A stretch of 64,000 nt of DNA from Candidatus Babeliales bacterium (GTDB lineage: Bacteria; Babelota; Babeliae; Babelales; Vermiphilaceae): positions 1 to 64,000 of the forward strand of contig CAVUQO010000002.1 in assembly GCA_963743635.1 (NCBI GenBank), read 5' to 3'. Both the position numbers and the translations under genes were made by a program. Each line of letters opens with the position of its first letter. Position 1 is the first letter of the stretch. The notes beneath the pieces are model-generated. The model was not told the DNA's origin. It did not search any database and saw nothing but the letters and a program-made list of their open reading frames with translations. Positions 29,911-40,861 of the stretch are shown one piece after another.

Positions 29911-30168
29911 ATGATGAAACGAATGCTATTAGGCTTGTTGTTAATGCCGTGCGCTGCTCATACGATGCAACCTGTTGAAAGGCATGAAAATGATGCATTC
30001 ATTAGCTTTAGCCGGGGCTCGATGAGGGTTCAGTACAATAAAACAAGTCATTCTTGTATATCAATTACGAAACGAGATGGCGGGTGTGATCTGATCATAG
30101 GCGATAATGCTCGTGATATCTTTATGGAACTGGAACAGGCTTATTTCAATCAAACACTCAATAGATAA
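29911..30168 (+). CDS. Small secreted hypothetical protein
   Basis: aagga RBS; signal AHT|MQ. Confidence 0.7.
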   Translation: MMKRMLLGLLLMPCAAHTMQPVERHENDAFISFSRGSMRVQYNKTSHSCISITKRDGGCDLIIGDNARDIFMELEQAYFNQTLNR

Positions 30169-30256
30169 GCAGGCCATTTTTCTTTTTCGGGGGATGCCTT
30201 ATAATGGATGTAATACTTTATCCTTCGTCAGGCTCAGGACGAGCAAAGGTTTCCCT

Positions 30257-33019
30257 ATGACTATAGATCCAAAAAAATTTGATCCCAAAAAGACCGTTTT
30301 TCTCATAGACGGCTCATCATTCCTCTATCGCGCCTACTATGGCTTACGGCCCATGCACACACCGCAAGGTGCCCCCGTTCAGGCAGTATTTGGCTTTTGC
30401 CGGATGATTAAGAAATTGATCGATACCTTCAAACCAGAATATTGCGCACTCGTGTGGGATAGCAAAGGCAAGACCACGCGCCATGAAGTGTACGAAGCCT
30501 ATAAAGCAACGCGCCAAGCGCCACCGAGCGATCTCTTTGAGCAAAAAGAACTGATTACTGAATTTGCCGATGCGATCGGTTTAAAGCAGGTCAGTAAAGC
30601 TGGCATCGAAGCGGATGATTTGATGTTTTCCCTTGCAAAAGAGGCGCGAGAACGGGGCGAGAACGTCGTGTTCGTGACGTCCGATAAAGATATGGGCCAG
30701 GCGCTCGATGCGCAGACCGTCATCTACGATACGTTCAAAGATATCGTTATGGATATTCCTGCATTTGAAGAAAAAATGGGCTTTTCCGTCGAGAAATTGC
30801 CGTTCTATTTTGCGATCGTGGGCGATACCTCAGATAACATACCAGGTGTGCGCGGGATTGGGGAGAAGGGTGCAACAGAGTTGGTTCAAAAGTTCGCGTC
30901 CCTTGAAGATCTTTACGAAAACTTGGATAAAGTTTCAAAGCCGCGTATGAAAAGTGCGCTTGAAGAAAATAAGAAAAATGCATTTCTGAGCTTGCAGCTT
31001 TTTTTGCTGCAGTATTATCCGAGTGAGCTGCAAAAGACTAACCTTGCCTTTAATCCTAATGATTGGAACAAGGCGCACAAACTATTTGAAGATCTTAATT
31101 TCAAGAGTTTGCTCAAAGATATGGGCGAGCCAGAACGGGCGGGAAAACCGCTTCATGAGCTCTATACATTCAAGAAAGTGACCACTCAGAAGCAACTTGA
31201 TGAACTTTGCGCCGCACTTAAAGCGAGCAAAATATTCGCGCTCGATACCGAAGGCAAAGATTTGAAACCCATGCAGGGCATGATGGTTGGATTATCGTTT
31301 TGCGTTGCTGAAGGCACCGCATATTACGTGCCATTCGGGCACACCGGGCCAGAAGCGCAATTATCGATTGTTGCCCAGCCAATGCCATTAAAAGAAGAAC
31401 AGTTAACGCGTGAGCAGGTATTTGCGGCCTTGAAACCAATCTTGGAAGATGCGCAATATAAGAAGGTTTTGCAGAACGCAAAATTTGATATGCACGTGCT
31501 ATATCATGAAGGGATTGTGCTGCGTGGCGTGGTATTCGATACGATGATTGCTGCATATCTTTTGAGCAAGGATGATCAGCGCGTGGGGCTTAAAGATCTT
31601 TCGATGAGTTATTTTGGCGAGCAGATGCTCAGTTTTGCCGATGTAGTGAAGGATAATAAGTATAAAAATTTCTCTCACGTGCCGCTCGATTTAGCCACTG
31701 ATTACTCTGCGGCTGATGCGCATCAGACTTTGAAATTATATCATGTGTTTGTTGCTGCATTTGAGAAAGAAACAGATCTTGCGATGCAGTTTAATGATAT
31801 TGAAATGCCGATGTTGCATGTTCTTTTTGAAATGGAAGTGCAGGGGATTATCCTCGATGAGGCAGTGTTAAAAGAGCTTGATGTACGCGTATCGCGCCGT
31901 TTGGTAGAAATAGAAGATCAGATTATTCAGGCGGCTGGCGAAGAACATGCGGGCATTAATTTAAATTCGCCACGGCAAATTGAAGCGCTGCTTTTTGAAC
32001 ATCTTAAATTACCAACGCAAAAAAAGAGCGCCAAAGGCACCAGTTATTCAACCGATCAGGAAGTGCTCATGGCGCTTTCGGACATGCATATTGTGCCGGC
32101 GCTCATTGTGCAGCATCGTGAATTATCGAAACTAAAAAGTACCTATATTGATGCGCTGCCAACCTACGTCAATCCCGTTACCAAGCGCATTCATACCACA
32201 TTCCGCCAAACGGGTGTAGCAACTGGACGACTTGCAAGTAGTGATCCGAATTTGCAAAACATTCCTGCGGATGTATCTGGTTTTGGCATTGAAGTGCGCG
32301 CTGCATTCGTTCCAGAAAAGGGACACGTATTTCTTTCGGCCGATTATTCGCAAATCGAGTTGCGCGTTCTTGCATACTTTTCAAAAGATACCGCACTGGT
32401 AAACGCTTTTTTGAATGGTCATGATATTCACGCCGAAACGGCATCACGTCTTTTCGACGTTGCGCTCGACCAAGTGACGCAAGATCAGCGGCAAATTGGT
32501 AAGCGCATTAACTTTAGTATTTTATACGGACTCACACCGTACGGACTTTCAAAAGATTTGGGCATTCCGTTTAAAGATGCAAAAATCTATATCGATAAAT
32601 ATTTTGCACAATATCCGAGCGTTTCAGCGTGGATGGAATCGGTAATCGAAGAAACGAAAACGCATGGCTACGTTGAAACCTTATGGGGCAGGCGTCGTTA
32701 TATTCCGGCGATTTATGAAAAAAATAAACCGCTCTATGAAGAAGCGCGCCGCGTTGCGATCAATACCAAAGCGCAAGGAACGGCCGCTGAATTGATGAAA
32801 CGCGGTATGTTAGCGCTTGATGCGGCATTCAAAAGCAAGAAATTAGATGGACACATATTGCTGCAAATTCATGACGAACTTTTAATCTCCGTTCCTGAAA
32901 ATGAAAAAACTATCGTTGAAGCAATTGTAAAAAAAGAGCTTGAGTCGGTCGTTGATTGGGAGGTGCCGTTGGTGGTCACCACACGCTTTGGCGCAAACTG
33001 GAAAGAGGTTACGAAGTGA
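30257..33019 (+). CDS. polA: DNA polymerase I
   Basis: LIDGSSFLYRAY, EADD, GDTSDNIPGV, TGRLASSDPNLQNIP, DYSQIELR, QIHDEL. Confidence 0.98.
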   Translation: MTIDPKKFDPKKTVFLIDGSSFLYRAYYGLRPMHTPQGAPVQAVFGFCRMIKKLIDTFKPEYCALVWDSKGKTTRHEVYEAYKATRQAPPSDLFEQKELITEFADAIGLKQVSKAGIEADDLMFSLAKEARERGENVVFVTSDKDMGQALDAQTVIYDTFKDIVMDIPAFEEKMGFSVEKLPFYFAIVGDTSDNIPGVRGIGEKGATELVQKFASLEDLYENLDKVSKPRMKSALEENKKNAFLSLQLFLLQYYPSELQKTNLAFNPNDWNKAHKLFEDLNFKSLLKDMGEPERAGKPLHELYTFKKVTTQKQLDELCAALKASKIFALDTEGKDLKPMQGMMVGLSFCVAEGTAYYVPFGHTGPEAQLSIVAQPMPLKEEQLTREQVFAALKPILEDAQYKKVLQNAKFDMHVLYHEGIVLRGVVFDTMIAAYLLSKDDQRVGLKDLSMSYFGEQMLSFADVVKDNKYKNFSHVPLDLATDYSAADAHQTLKLYHVFVAAFEKETDLAMQFNDIEMPMLHVLFEMEVQGIILDEAVLKELDVRVSRRLVEIEDQIIQAAGEEHAGINLNSPRQIEALLFEHLKLPTQKKSAKGTSYSTDQEVLMALSDMHIVPALIVQHRELSKLKSTYIDALPTYVNPVTKRIHTTFRQTGVATGRLASSDPNLQNIPADVSGFGIEVRAAFVPEKGHVFLSADYSQIELRVLAYFSKDTALVNAFLNGHDIHAETASRLFDVALDQVTQDQRQIGKRINFSILYGLTPYGLSKDLGIPFKDAKIYIDKYFAQYPSVSAWMESVIEETKTHGYVETLWGRRRYIPAIYEKNKPLYEEARRVAINTKAQGTAAELMKRGMLALDAAFKSKKLDGHILLQIHDELLISVPENEKTIVEAIVKKELESVVDWEVPLVVTTRFGANWKEVTK

Positions 33020-33123
33020 GCAGTGCGTTACGATAGACAAGTTAAAACTTTAGATTATAATTGTGCGTGCTTGCAAGTAGTACATATGAAAAATAACAAA
33101 CCTCATTGTTCAGAAGGATTATT

Positions 33124-33612
33124 ATGAACACAATGACACATCGTATAACAAAAGCATCATTCGTTTTGAGTTTACTGGTTTCTACAACAATCTACTCAAT
33201 GGATCTTAGTGACGAACTACATACAGTTCGTTCAAGACGCAATTCTAATACCGTTCCTGTCGTGCTATTGCATTCACCATATGAACCGTTTGTTGAGAGC
33301 TATACAGCGAAAGAAAAAATAGAAAACAGTTTGATTTCCTTTGCCTTGGGTGCTGGTATTGCAGCGGCTGCTAATCAAGTCGGAGTACTAAAACCGCTTA
33401 TTTCCGATGGTAAAGACGGATATGGCACTATGGGTAAATTAGCAGGATTAGCTGTGGCTAGTTCAGCAATTTGTTTTGGCCGTGTAGTTCGCGAATCTCT
33501 CGTGGGCAAAAAACCAGAGGATCCTTTGGATGTTGCACTGAATGTAGGCTCAGGTTTGGGTGGAGTATACACCTTCGTGAAAGCATTTGTTGAAAAAGAG
33601 GCAACGAAATAA
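33124..33612 (+). CDS. Secreted hydrophobic hypothetical protein
   Basis: Signal IYS|MD; Gly/Ala-rich helices. Confidence 0.75.
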   Translation: MNTMTHRITKASFVLSLLVSTTIYSMDLSDELHTVRSRRNSNTVPVVLLHSPYEPFVESYTAKEKIENSLISFALGAGIAAAANQVGVLKPLISDGKDGYGTMGKLAGLAVASSAICFGRVVRESLVGKKPEDPLDVALNVGSGLGGVYTFVKAFVEKEATK

Positions 33613-33772
33613 TCAGAAGATTATTTTCTATAATGTGTGTGAGTTGGGGCATTACAATATTGCTCCAACTCATTTTTTTTAACTTCTTTTGTCAATACTA
33701 GTAAAAAAGAGAATTGCTCCGATACACTATGCCACTGGTAATAATACATATTTTTTTTCCGGGAGGAATATT

Positions 33773-34264
33773 ATGAAAACACTGCTTCTCGCCAGCTTAT
33801 TGGCGTTGCCTGCATATGCTGATGGGGTGCATCGCGATCAAGGATCTGTTGATGCCACAGCGGCGAACGAATCATCTCAATCTGCAGCGTCAACACCTGT
33901 TGAGACAACAACACCATCGGTAACCGCTCCATCAAATGGATGTCCATTCTTGCCTGCATGCGCTAACTCATGCCTAACGAGCATTACCGATTGTGCGCAG
34001 CCATTAGTAGCGCACACAAGCCCATTCGTACGCGGCATGGTGGGCGGCCTTGCGCTTGCGTGTCTTCAAACAAAAGTAGTGGATCCATTATTTGCATTGT
34101 GCAGCGATGAATTTGTAGTGAGTTTAGAAGCTCTTGGTTTTGCGAGCGCGTTGACAGCAGCATATGTGCATCGCGAAACATCAACAGTAGGCGAGCTTAA
34201 AAAACCAGCAACACTCGTTGGGGTGCTTGCAGGATTAGTGGCGTGGTACAGCTTTTGTGGATGA
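33773..34264 (+). CDS. Secreted hydrophobic hypothetical protein
   Basis: ggagg RBS; AYA|D; S/T-rich linker; three hydrophobic helices. Confidence 0.75.
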   Translation: MKTLLLASLLALPAYADGVHRDQGSVDATAANESSQSAASTPVETTTPSVTAPSNGCPFLPACANSCLTSITDCAQPLVAHTSPFVRGMVGGLALACLQTKVVDPLFALCSDEFVVSLEALGFASALTAAYVHRETSTVGELKKPATLVGVLAGLVAWYSFCG

Positions 34265-34430
34265 AGGGTTAGGAATACGGAGTTGTCCGAAGTGTCTTTA
34301 GAGCGTAACAGAATTAACTCTCGCCAATTTCATATGATTCAGGGATATCAAGGGGCTCTTGCTTGCAAGGGCCCTTAATAGTCATTAAACTTTATACACG
34401 TTATTTATATTACCAGTAAGGGATTATCAT

Positions 34431-34892
34431 ATGTACTCATTTAAAAAATCATTCATGGCTCTAGCGTGCGGACTTTTAATGGCCACCATGCCGGCAGCGC
34501 ATGCCAATGCGAATAATGTGCAAATGGTGCTTGTGCCCTCAGTAACAGGACTTACATCCGGATATATTTACGGCTCTCTCATAAAGAGTAATAAATGGTT
34601 GGCACTTGTGCTTTCTAACTTGTTAATAAGCCGCTGCAAGGATTATATTTTCAAAAATTTTGATACCAAGCATGGCGCAAATGCTAAAGGTTCTGCGAAT
34701 GATAATGGACTGCTTTCCGGTTTATCATTAACGTGCGAATCACAAACTGATAATGGCGGTGTCCAGCGATTGACCTACGCGCTCAATGTGCGTGACGACA
34801 ATAAAGAAGATACTGAAAATCAGTATAATAAGATGTCTGAATATGATGATTTGGTGACTATCGCTACTGTTTTGGTAATGCTCACCTGTTAA
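34431..34892 (+). CDS. Secreted hypothetical protein
   Basis: MYSFKKSFMA signal; paralogous to 35185. Confidence 0.75.
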   Translation: MYSFKKSFMALACGLLMATMPAAHANANNVQMVLVPSVTGLTSGYIYGSLIKSNKWLALVLSNLLISRCKDYIFKNFDTKHGANAKGSANDNGLLSGLSLTCESQTDNGGVQRLTYALNVRDDNKEDTENQYNKMSEYDDLVTIATVLVMLTC

Positions 34893-35184
34893 CCATACGT
34901 AATGCGAATTCGATATCCCTTCACTATAGTTCCCTGCTACGCTATTCAGAGCGCCCTATAGATTTTGATACGCCCACTCTATAAAAATAAAAAAACATAA
35001 GGGTCCCTGGTTTCAGGGGCCCTTTGTCATGTCAAAATTAAGAGCCAGCGGGGGTATTTGGCGTAAATAAAGGCTTTTTTGGCCTATTGTATGATGAAAA
35101 TAATTGTGCATCCTTGAAAAGCATGTTACTATTATTCTGATAATTTTCATCCATTCAGTATTATTACATAAGGGTAATAGGGAT

Positions 35185-35673
35185 ATGTACTCATACAAAA
35201 AATCAATTATGGCTGTTATTGCGGCCTATTCATTAGTGACTCTTTCAGCGGTTTACGCTGCTCCAGAACCAAAATCAGCCTCAGCGACCCCTGCCTCGTC
35301 AACATCTTCTTCTAGCCAAGCTGCGGCTCAAAAAGCATCAAGAGAGCAGTATTTGCCCGTTCTTACCGGGGTTGCTTCCGCGATCATTTATAGCGCGACG
35401 CTCAAAAAACCATTGGATCTTTTCTGTGATAATTTTACGAAAGAAAAGATTGCACAGGACGGCTATAGCAAGCCTTTAATGTATGGAGCGGTTGCTGCAG
35501 TAGTTTTTGGTGTTGTTCAATCAATAATCGCTCCGGTTAAGAAAACTATTTTTGACAATGAATGTTCTCCAACGCTTGAGCGTAAAAAGAATGAAAACAT
35601 GACATCTATCGATACCTTGGTAACGTTGGCTGGTTCAGTTCTTTTGATATATGGCTCAGCTCTCTTATCATAA
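35185..35673 (+). CDS. Secreted hypothetical protein
   Basis: MYSYKKSIMA signal; shares LP-V/LTG..S..IY and D.LVT(I/L)A with 34431. Confidence 0.75.
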   Translation: MYSYKKSIMAVIAAYSLVTLSAVYAAPEPKSASATPASSTSSSSQAAAQKASREQYLPVLTGVASAIIYSATLKKPLDLFCDNFTKEKIAQDGYSKPLMYGAVAAVVFGVVQSIIAPVKKTIFDNECSPTLERKKNENMTSIDTLVTLAGSVLLIYGSALLS

Positions 35674-35757
35674 ATTGTTTGTATTCAAAATAAAACTCGC
35701 GGCATTATTGAGCGAGTCTCTGTTTTTCCTCCTATTTTATTCAAGGGAATATAATCC

Positions 35758-36552
35758 ATGCTAAAAAAAACAAATCTGATTTCTGTATTATTAGTATCGC
35801 TTTGTGCGCAATCTGTTTCTGCAAAACTGTCATCGTTTGAAGAAGGTATGATAGATGCATTGAGAGCTGTTTTGCCAGTTCGTCGCGCACAAAAAGAACA
35901 GAGTGCAGAGCTCAATAAAACTCAAACTAATAATGCGACAGCACAAACACCTGCCCTATTAATCAAAAAGCCATCTTTGTCGCTTGCATCTTTGTCGCTT
36001 GCGTCTTTGTTCAGTGGAGAAATCAATCGTACTGGAAGCGATCGTATTATTCATATCGATCCTTCATATAATTTTTCAAAGTTTGTAAAAAATTATAATT
36101 TTACTTCAAAAGAGCAGTTAGAAGTGATCAATAACGCGAAGCTATACGCCGAGCATGAGGGATCTTCGTCTATTGAGGCAGAGCATTATGAGCGCGCAGC
36201 CGAAAGCATGCAGCGAAAAAAAGAGAGAGAAAAAGAAAATGAAAAGCATAAATCTGTAATCAATAATGAAAAAAAGAGCTACTTTGGCGGGTTTAAGGCT
36301 CCAATTCTTGATATATTCTCGGGCAGGGGTGGCGAAACGCCGTCAAATAATGCGGGGGCTCAGGTTAAGAAGCAAGATTCGGCAGAAAAAATCGAAGAGG
36401 ATTCTTTTGCGAAAGGCAAGAAGATGATCGCCACTCAGGCTGCACGTGCTTCAGCTCTGATCGCTGTTCAGGCCTCACGCCTAGGGAAATACGCAAAAGA
36501 TAATATAAAGGATACGAACATTAGCTTTGGGGATATTGTTCCAGGCTACTGA
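35758..36552 (+). CDS. Secreted protein with an isolated AAA+ lid-like segment
   Basis: Signal VSA|K; NFTSKEQLEVINNAKLYAEHEGSSSIEAEHYERA. Confidence 0.7.
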   Translation: MLKKTNLISVLLVSLCAQSVSAKLSSFEEGMIDALRAVLPVRRAQKEQSAELNKTQTNNATAQTPALLIKKPSLSLASLSLASLFSGEINRTGSDRIIHIDPSYNFSKFVKNYNFTSKEQLEVINNAKLYAEHEGSSSIEAEHYERAAESMQRKKEREKENEKHKSVINNEKKSYFGGFKAPILDIFSGRGGETPSNNAGAQVKKQDSAEKIEEDSFAKGKKMIATQAARASALIAVQASRLGKYAKDNIKDTNISFGDIVPGY

Positions 36553-36750
36553 TTTATAAGATTTTGGCCCTGAAAGGCCCTTGCCAGCGAGGCAGGGGGG
36601 ATAATCAGCTTTTATAGCTGTAGTTATTGACTTTTGAGGCTGATATCGCCATAATAATAAATGTGCCGTATAGTTCTTATACGGCTTCAATCAGGTCTAA
36701 AAAATAAGTAAAATATAGTCACAATATCGATCTTTTCTTAAAGGATAACG

Positions 36751-37008
36751 ATGGCAACGAGTAAAACCGGTGGGTCCACAAGTAACGGCCGTGATAGTCA
36801 TAGTAAGCGGCTTGGTGTAAAAATTTTTGATGGTCATAAGGTAACTGGCGGCGAAATTATTGTTCGTCAACGCGGGAACCGTGTATATCCAGGGACTTTG
36901 GTGGGTCAAGGTACCGATCATACACTCTATGCAAAGGGTGTAGGCGTGATCAAGTTTCACTATGGAGCTAAGGGTCGTAAGTACGTCTCTGTTGTTCAAC
37001 CTTCATAA
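36751..37008 (+). CDS. rpmA: 50S ribosomal protein L27
   Basis: [31 protein letters not shown]. Confidence 0.97.
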   Translation: MATSKTGGSTSNGRDSHSKRLGVKIFDGHKVTGGEIIVRQRGNRVYPGTLVGQGTDHTLYAKGVGVIKFHYGAKGRKYVSVVQPS

Positions 37009-37019
37009 ATTGAAATACC

Positions 37020-37175
37020 CAGACTTGCGTCTGTGCTCCGGTCTGCCGTCACTTCGTTATGGCGTGACAGGTCATCCTGAGCGTCAGGAAAGGACGTTGT
37101 ACAGGTCGCTTTATAGCCTTTAGTCCTGAGCGAGCATAGCTTAGCGAGGGGCGGTCGGGTTATTCTATTCGTCTA
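37020..37175. repeat. Cluster of degenerate palindromic elements
   Basis: gtcatcctgagc, gtcctgagcgag, ttagcgaggggcggtcgggttattctattcg (last part is the reverse complement of 18962-18976). Confidence 0.5.
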
Positions 37176-37310
37176 TGTTGGCACTAAAGCAAGTGTGATT
37201 TTACGAAAAAGAATAAAAAAACTTGCTCAATAGCTCAAATCTTGTTACAAAATCTCTATAAATTATGTCACAAACCCTTTTCATGCAGCTAATGGCTCGG
37301 AGAGTATACT

Positions 37311-38269
37311 ATGGTTGAGTATTCACAATATCCTCAATATCGTTTTGATTTTCTAAAATATCGTCTTTTCGTGGCATTGTTTACTGTGGGATTCGTGGTC
37401 GCGTTCATCGGTATTTATGTGTATCGCAGTGAATCGAGCGTGGGAGAAGCATTTAGTTATAGCGTAGATTTTACGGGCGGAACGCAAGTTCTTTTTAAAT
37501 TTCAGAAGCCAGTATCGGGATCTCAAGTTCGTGAAGTATCTTGAACGCAATGGCTGGAAGAATCCGGTCATGCGAGAATTTACAGCAGGAGAACGAAATT
37601 ATCGTCCGCGTGAAAGAATTTGACAATAATGCGCAAGGGGTCGGCGAACGTATGCAAAAGGCATTCAATGCTGAATTTCCATGATACCGAATTGCTCAGC
37701 ATTGAAGGCGTAGGGGCGGGTGTGGGACGTGAATTGCGCTCAAAATCAATTCGTGCAGTATTGATTGCGCTTCATTATGTTGCTTTACATCGCATTTACC
37801 TTTTGGTCAGCTGCATTTGCAGTTGGTGCAGTTGTAGCATTGTGTCATGATGCATTCTGTAATGGTTGCGCGTAATTCTGTTTCTTGATCACTGAAATTT
37901 CAATCGATGTAATTGGTGCAATTTTGGCGGTTCTCGGTTATTCGATTAACGATACCATCGTGATTTTTGCCCAGATTAGAGATAATTTGGCAAAAATGCG
38001 GGGCAAATCGATGGCAAGAAATAGTAAACGCAAGTTTGAATCAAACGCTTCGTCGCACTTTTTTAACCAGCTTTTCAACGGCGTTAACGGTTGGTGCAAT
38101 GTTTTTCTTTGGTGGCGAAGGATTAAGAGATTTCTCCCTCACCTTGTTGGTAGGTATCATATTTGGTACATACTCATCAATTTACATCGCAAGCCCTATT
38201 ATGATGATGCTCTATAAAGAGCGGCATAAGAATCACATATATAAGCATTTAAATGCATGGTGCAGATAA
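37311..38269 (+). CDS. secF: Protein translocase subunit SecF, multiple apparent frameshifts
   Basis: VDFTGGTQV; VGAGVGREL; GAILAVLGYSINDTIVIF; SLNQTLRRT; GTYSSIYIASP spread over several frames. Confidence 0.9.
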
Positions 38270-38479
38270 TGCTTCATAAACAAATATCAGTATTCCATTC
38301 TGAAGATGTTGAGTCAGTAGATCAAATAATCTATGAGACCTGTGGAAACATCTGAAGGAGCATGAGAGTTCTATAGTTTGCATTATGAAGTCTACTCTTT
38401 AAGGGAATATGCGATACGCATGTTAATTCCATGCTATCATTCTCATATAATTATTTCTGTTCGTAGGAGGAAATGAACG

Positions 38480-40174
38480 ATGGCTCAAGATAAGCCAGTA
38501 AAGCAAACGAATACTCGTTCGTTGCAAGAAAATGAATCTCAAGATATCGAACGATTTGAGGCACATACCGATACCATGTCTGAGAATTAATGGATCAGCC
38601 AGGTTTTATCGCTCAAGAACAATCGGGTCCTGAGCAACGAGATCACCGACAACAACGTGATCGTCATCAAGATTATAAGTCCCGCGCTCGGGGCCAAGGT
38701 CAACAACGCCAGATCGTCAAGATCGTCAAGCCCAAAGACGAAACGAGAACTCATGAACAAAAACGTCAGTCAAGTACGCGTATTAAATCTATGGGCAATG
38801 GTGATGGCGAGATGAATCACGGCCGGCTGTAGAATTTCAAAAAATACCCGTCGACGAAATGTCGTTGACTGAATTAAATATGTATGCACGTCGCTTGGGT
38901 ATTATTGGCGCAAGTCTGATGAATAAAACAAGAGTTATTGAGCGTATTAAATATGTTGAAGCTCATCCTGAACTTGAAAATGAAGTTGAAGGGGTACTTG
39001 AAAAATTGCCTGATGGATTTGGATTCTTGCGTTCAGCAAAATATGATTATGTTTCTGGCCCGGATGATGTCTATGTTTCGCCATCGCAAATTCGACGATT
39101 TAATTTACGAACTGGTGATATTGGTTACCGGCGTAATTCGTAAACCAAAAGAAGGTGAAAAATATTTTGCGTTGCTTAAAGTTACCAAAGTTAATTATGA
39201 AGATCCGGCTTTCTATGCAGCTGATCGTCATCATTTTGATCGTCTTATCACCATTACATCCAAATAAAAAATTTAATCTTGAATATGATCCTACGCGTGT
39301 ATTTCAACGCGTATCATGGATCTGTTTACACCAGTTGGTAAAGGGCAACGTGGATTAATTGTTGCGCCACCAAAAGTGGGTAAAACAATGCTTGCTTAAA
39401 GAGATTACGCAAGCAATTATTGCCAATCATCCTGAAGCGATCTTATTATTTTGCTGGTTGATGAGCGGCCTGAAGAAGTTGCTGATATGAAGCGTACAGT
39501 GCGAGGTTCATCTGCTGAAGTGATCAGTTCAACTTTTGATGAATCGGCTGATCGGCATGTGCAAGTTGCTGAAATTGTTCTTGAAAAAGCAAAACGATTG
39601 GTTGAAGCGGGCAAGGATGTGGTTATTATTCTTGATTCTATTACTCGTTTTGCTCGTGCATATAATACGATTGCTCCAGCATCAGGTAAAATCTTAACCG
39701 GTGGTATTGATGCGAATGCATTGACAGCGTCCAAAACGATTCTTTGGTGCTGCGCGTAATACTGAAGAAGGTGGTTCATTAACTATTATTGCATCTGCGT
39801 TGGTTGAAACCGGTTCTCGTATGGATGAAGTGATTTACGAAGAATTTAAAGGTACGGGTAATATGGAAATGCATATGACGCGTAAACTTTCAAATCGTCG
39901 TATTTATCCATCATTTGATCTATTAATGTCCGGTACTCGCCGTGAAGATCTCTTGCTTCCTGAAGAAGATTTGAATAAAGTTTGGGTATTGCAGAAATTC
40001 TTGGCTACCATGAATACCATTGAAGGTATGGAATTCTTGATTGATAAGATGAAGAAATCCAAAACCAATCGTGAATTCTTGGAATCAATCAATAAGAAAA
40101 CAACGGCGACCGTCAGCAATGGCAATGGTCACGGTAGTGATAGTGGTAGCCACAGCAGAAGTTCTCACGAGTAA
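38480..40174 (+). CDS. rho: Transcription termination factor Rho with a Q/R/D-rich N-terminal extension, multiple apparent frameshifts
   Basis: [61 protein letters not shown]. Confidence 0.93.
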
Positions 40175-40213
40175 TTCCTCGAGACGTTCATCATTCCGCT
40201 AATTTGATATAAC

Positions 40214-40251
40214 AAAAAGCGCCTGTGTATTTGTTTACACAGGCGCTTTTT
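40214..40251. terminator. Intrinsic terminator after rho
   Basis: aaaaagcgcctgtgta-tttgtt-tacacaggcgcttttt. Confidence 0.85.
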
Positions 40252-40453
40252 ACTTTAAAATAATGCGAACTCCATCTAAGGAGTTCATATTACTATTTAA
40301 AATTAGCTTCGCTTAGATCGAGTTCGCGTTATTTAGTATAATATTAGCTTTCTTAGATCGGGTTCGCGTTAAAATATGGAAATTGTCCGCGCGTCTGTGT
40401 ATCTTCAGAGTCTGTGTGAAAAAAGAATATTTACTATCAGGGGAGCAAGAATA

Positions 40454-40861
40454 ATGAAGATGAGATGTTTGGTCCTACTTTTAACAAGCGCGGCAAGCTC
40501 AGTGTATGGCATGCAAGGTGAGCCCAAGAAGGCCTTAGAAATGTGGACTCAAAATGGTTATATCAAAGTGCCTCAGTCGGTAGTAAAAGCGTCGCCAATA
40601 TTAACTAATATTCAAAACATGGACAAGAATGATTTCTTTAGAAAGTCATTATTGAGCGACCAACAGAGGATTGTTGTTGAAAGCCTTATTAATGATCAAG
40701 AATGGATTCTGGCAGGAAGTTCGGGCAATAATGAAGATGAAAAATCTAATCCCTATAGAAGCATGGCAGACATGCATCACTATCTTGCGGTAGCAAAAAG
40801 GCTCAAGTTATGCAGGCTTTATGAGGCCTATGTAGCTATTGTGAATAACACCAAGCACTAA
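40454..40861 (+). CDS. Secreted small protein, possible Skp1/BTB-like fold
   Basis: Signal VYG|MQ; TQNGYIKVPQSVVKASPIL...YLAVAKRLKLCRLYE. Confidence 0.7.
   Translation: MKMRCLVLLLTSAASSVYGMQGEPKKALEMWTQNGYIKVPQSVVKASPILTNIQNMDKNDFFRKSLLSDQQRIVVESLINDQEWILAGSSGNNEDEKSNPYRSMADMHHYLAVAKRLKLCRLYEAYVAIVNNTKH

Noticed and set aside
30107..30256. N-terminal extension of PolA
   Set aside because: Runs through the duplicated promoter-like sequence and a palindrome from an unsupported start; conserved PolA begins near 30257
37311..40174. secF and rho as pseudogenes or programmed frameshifts
   Set aside because: Many scattered single-base indels in otherwise conserved proteins, confined to a patch; typical of low-coverage long-read consensus error
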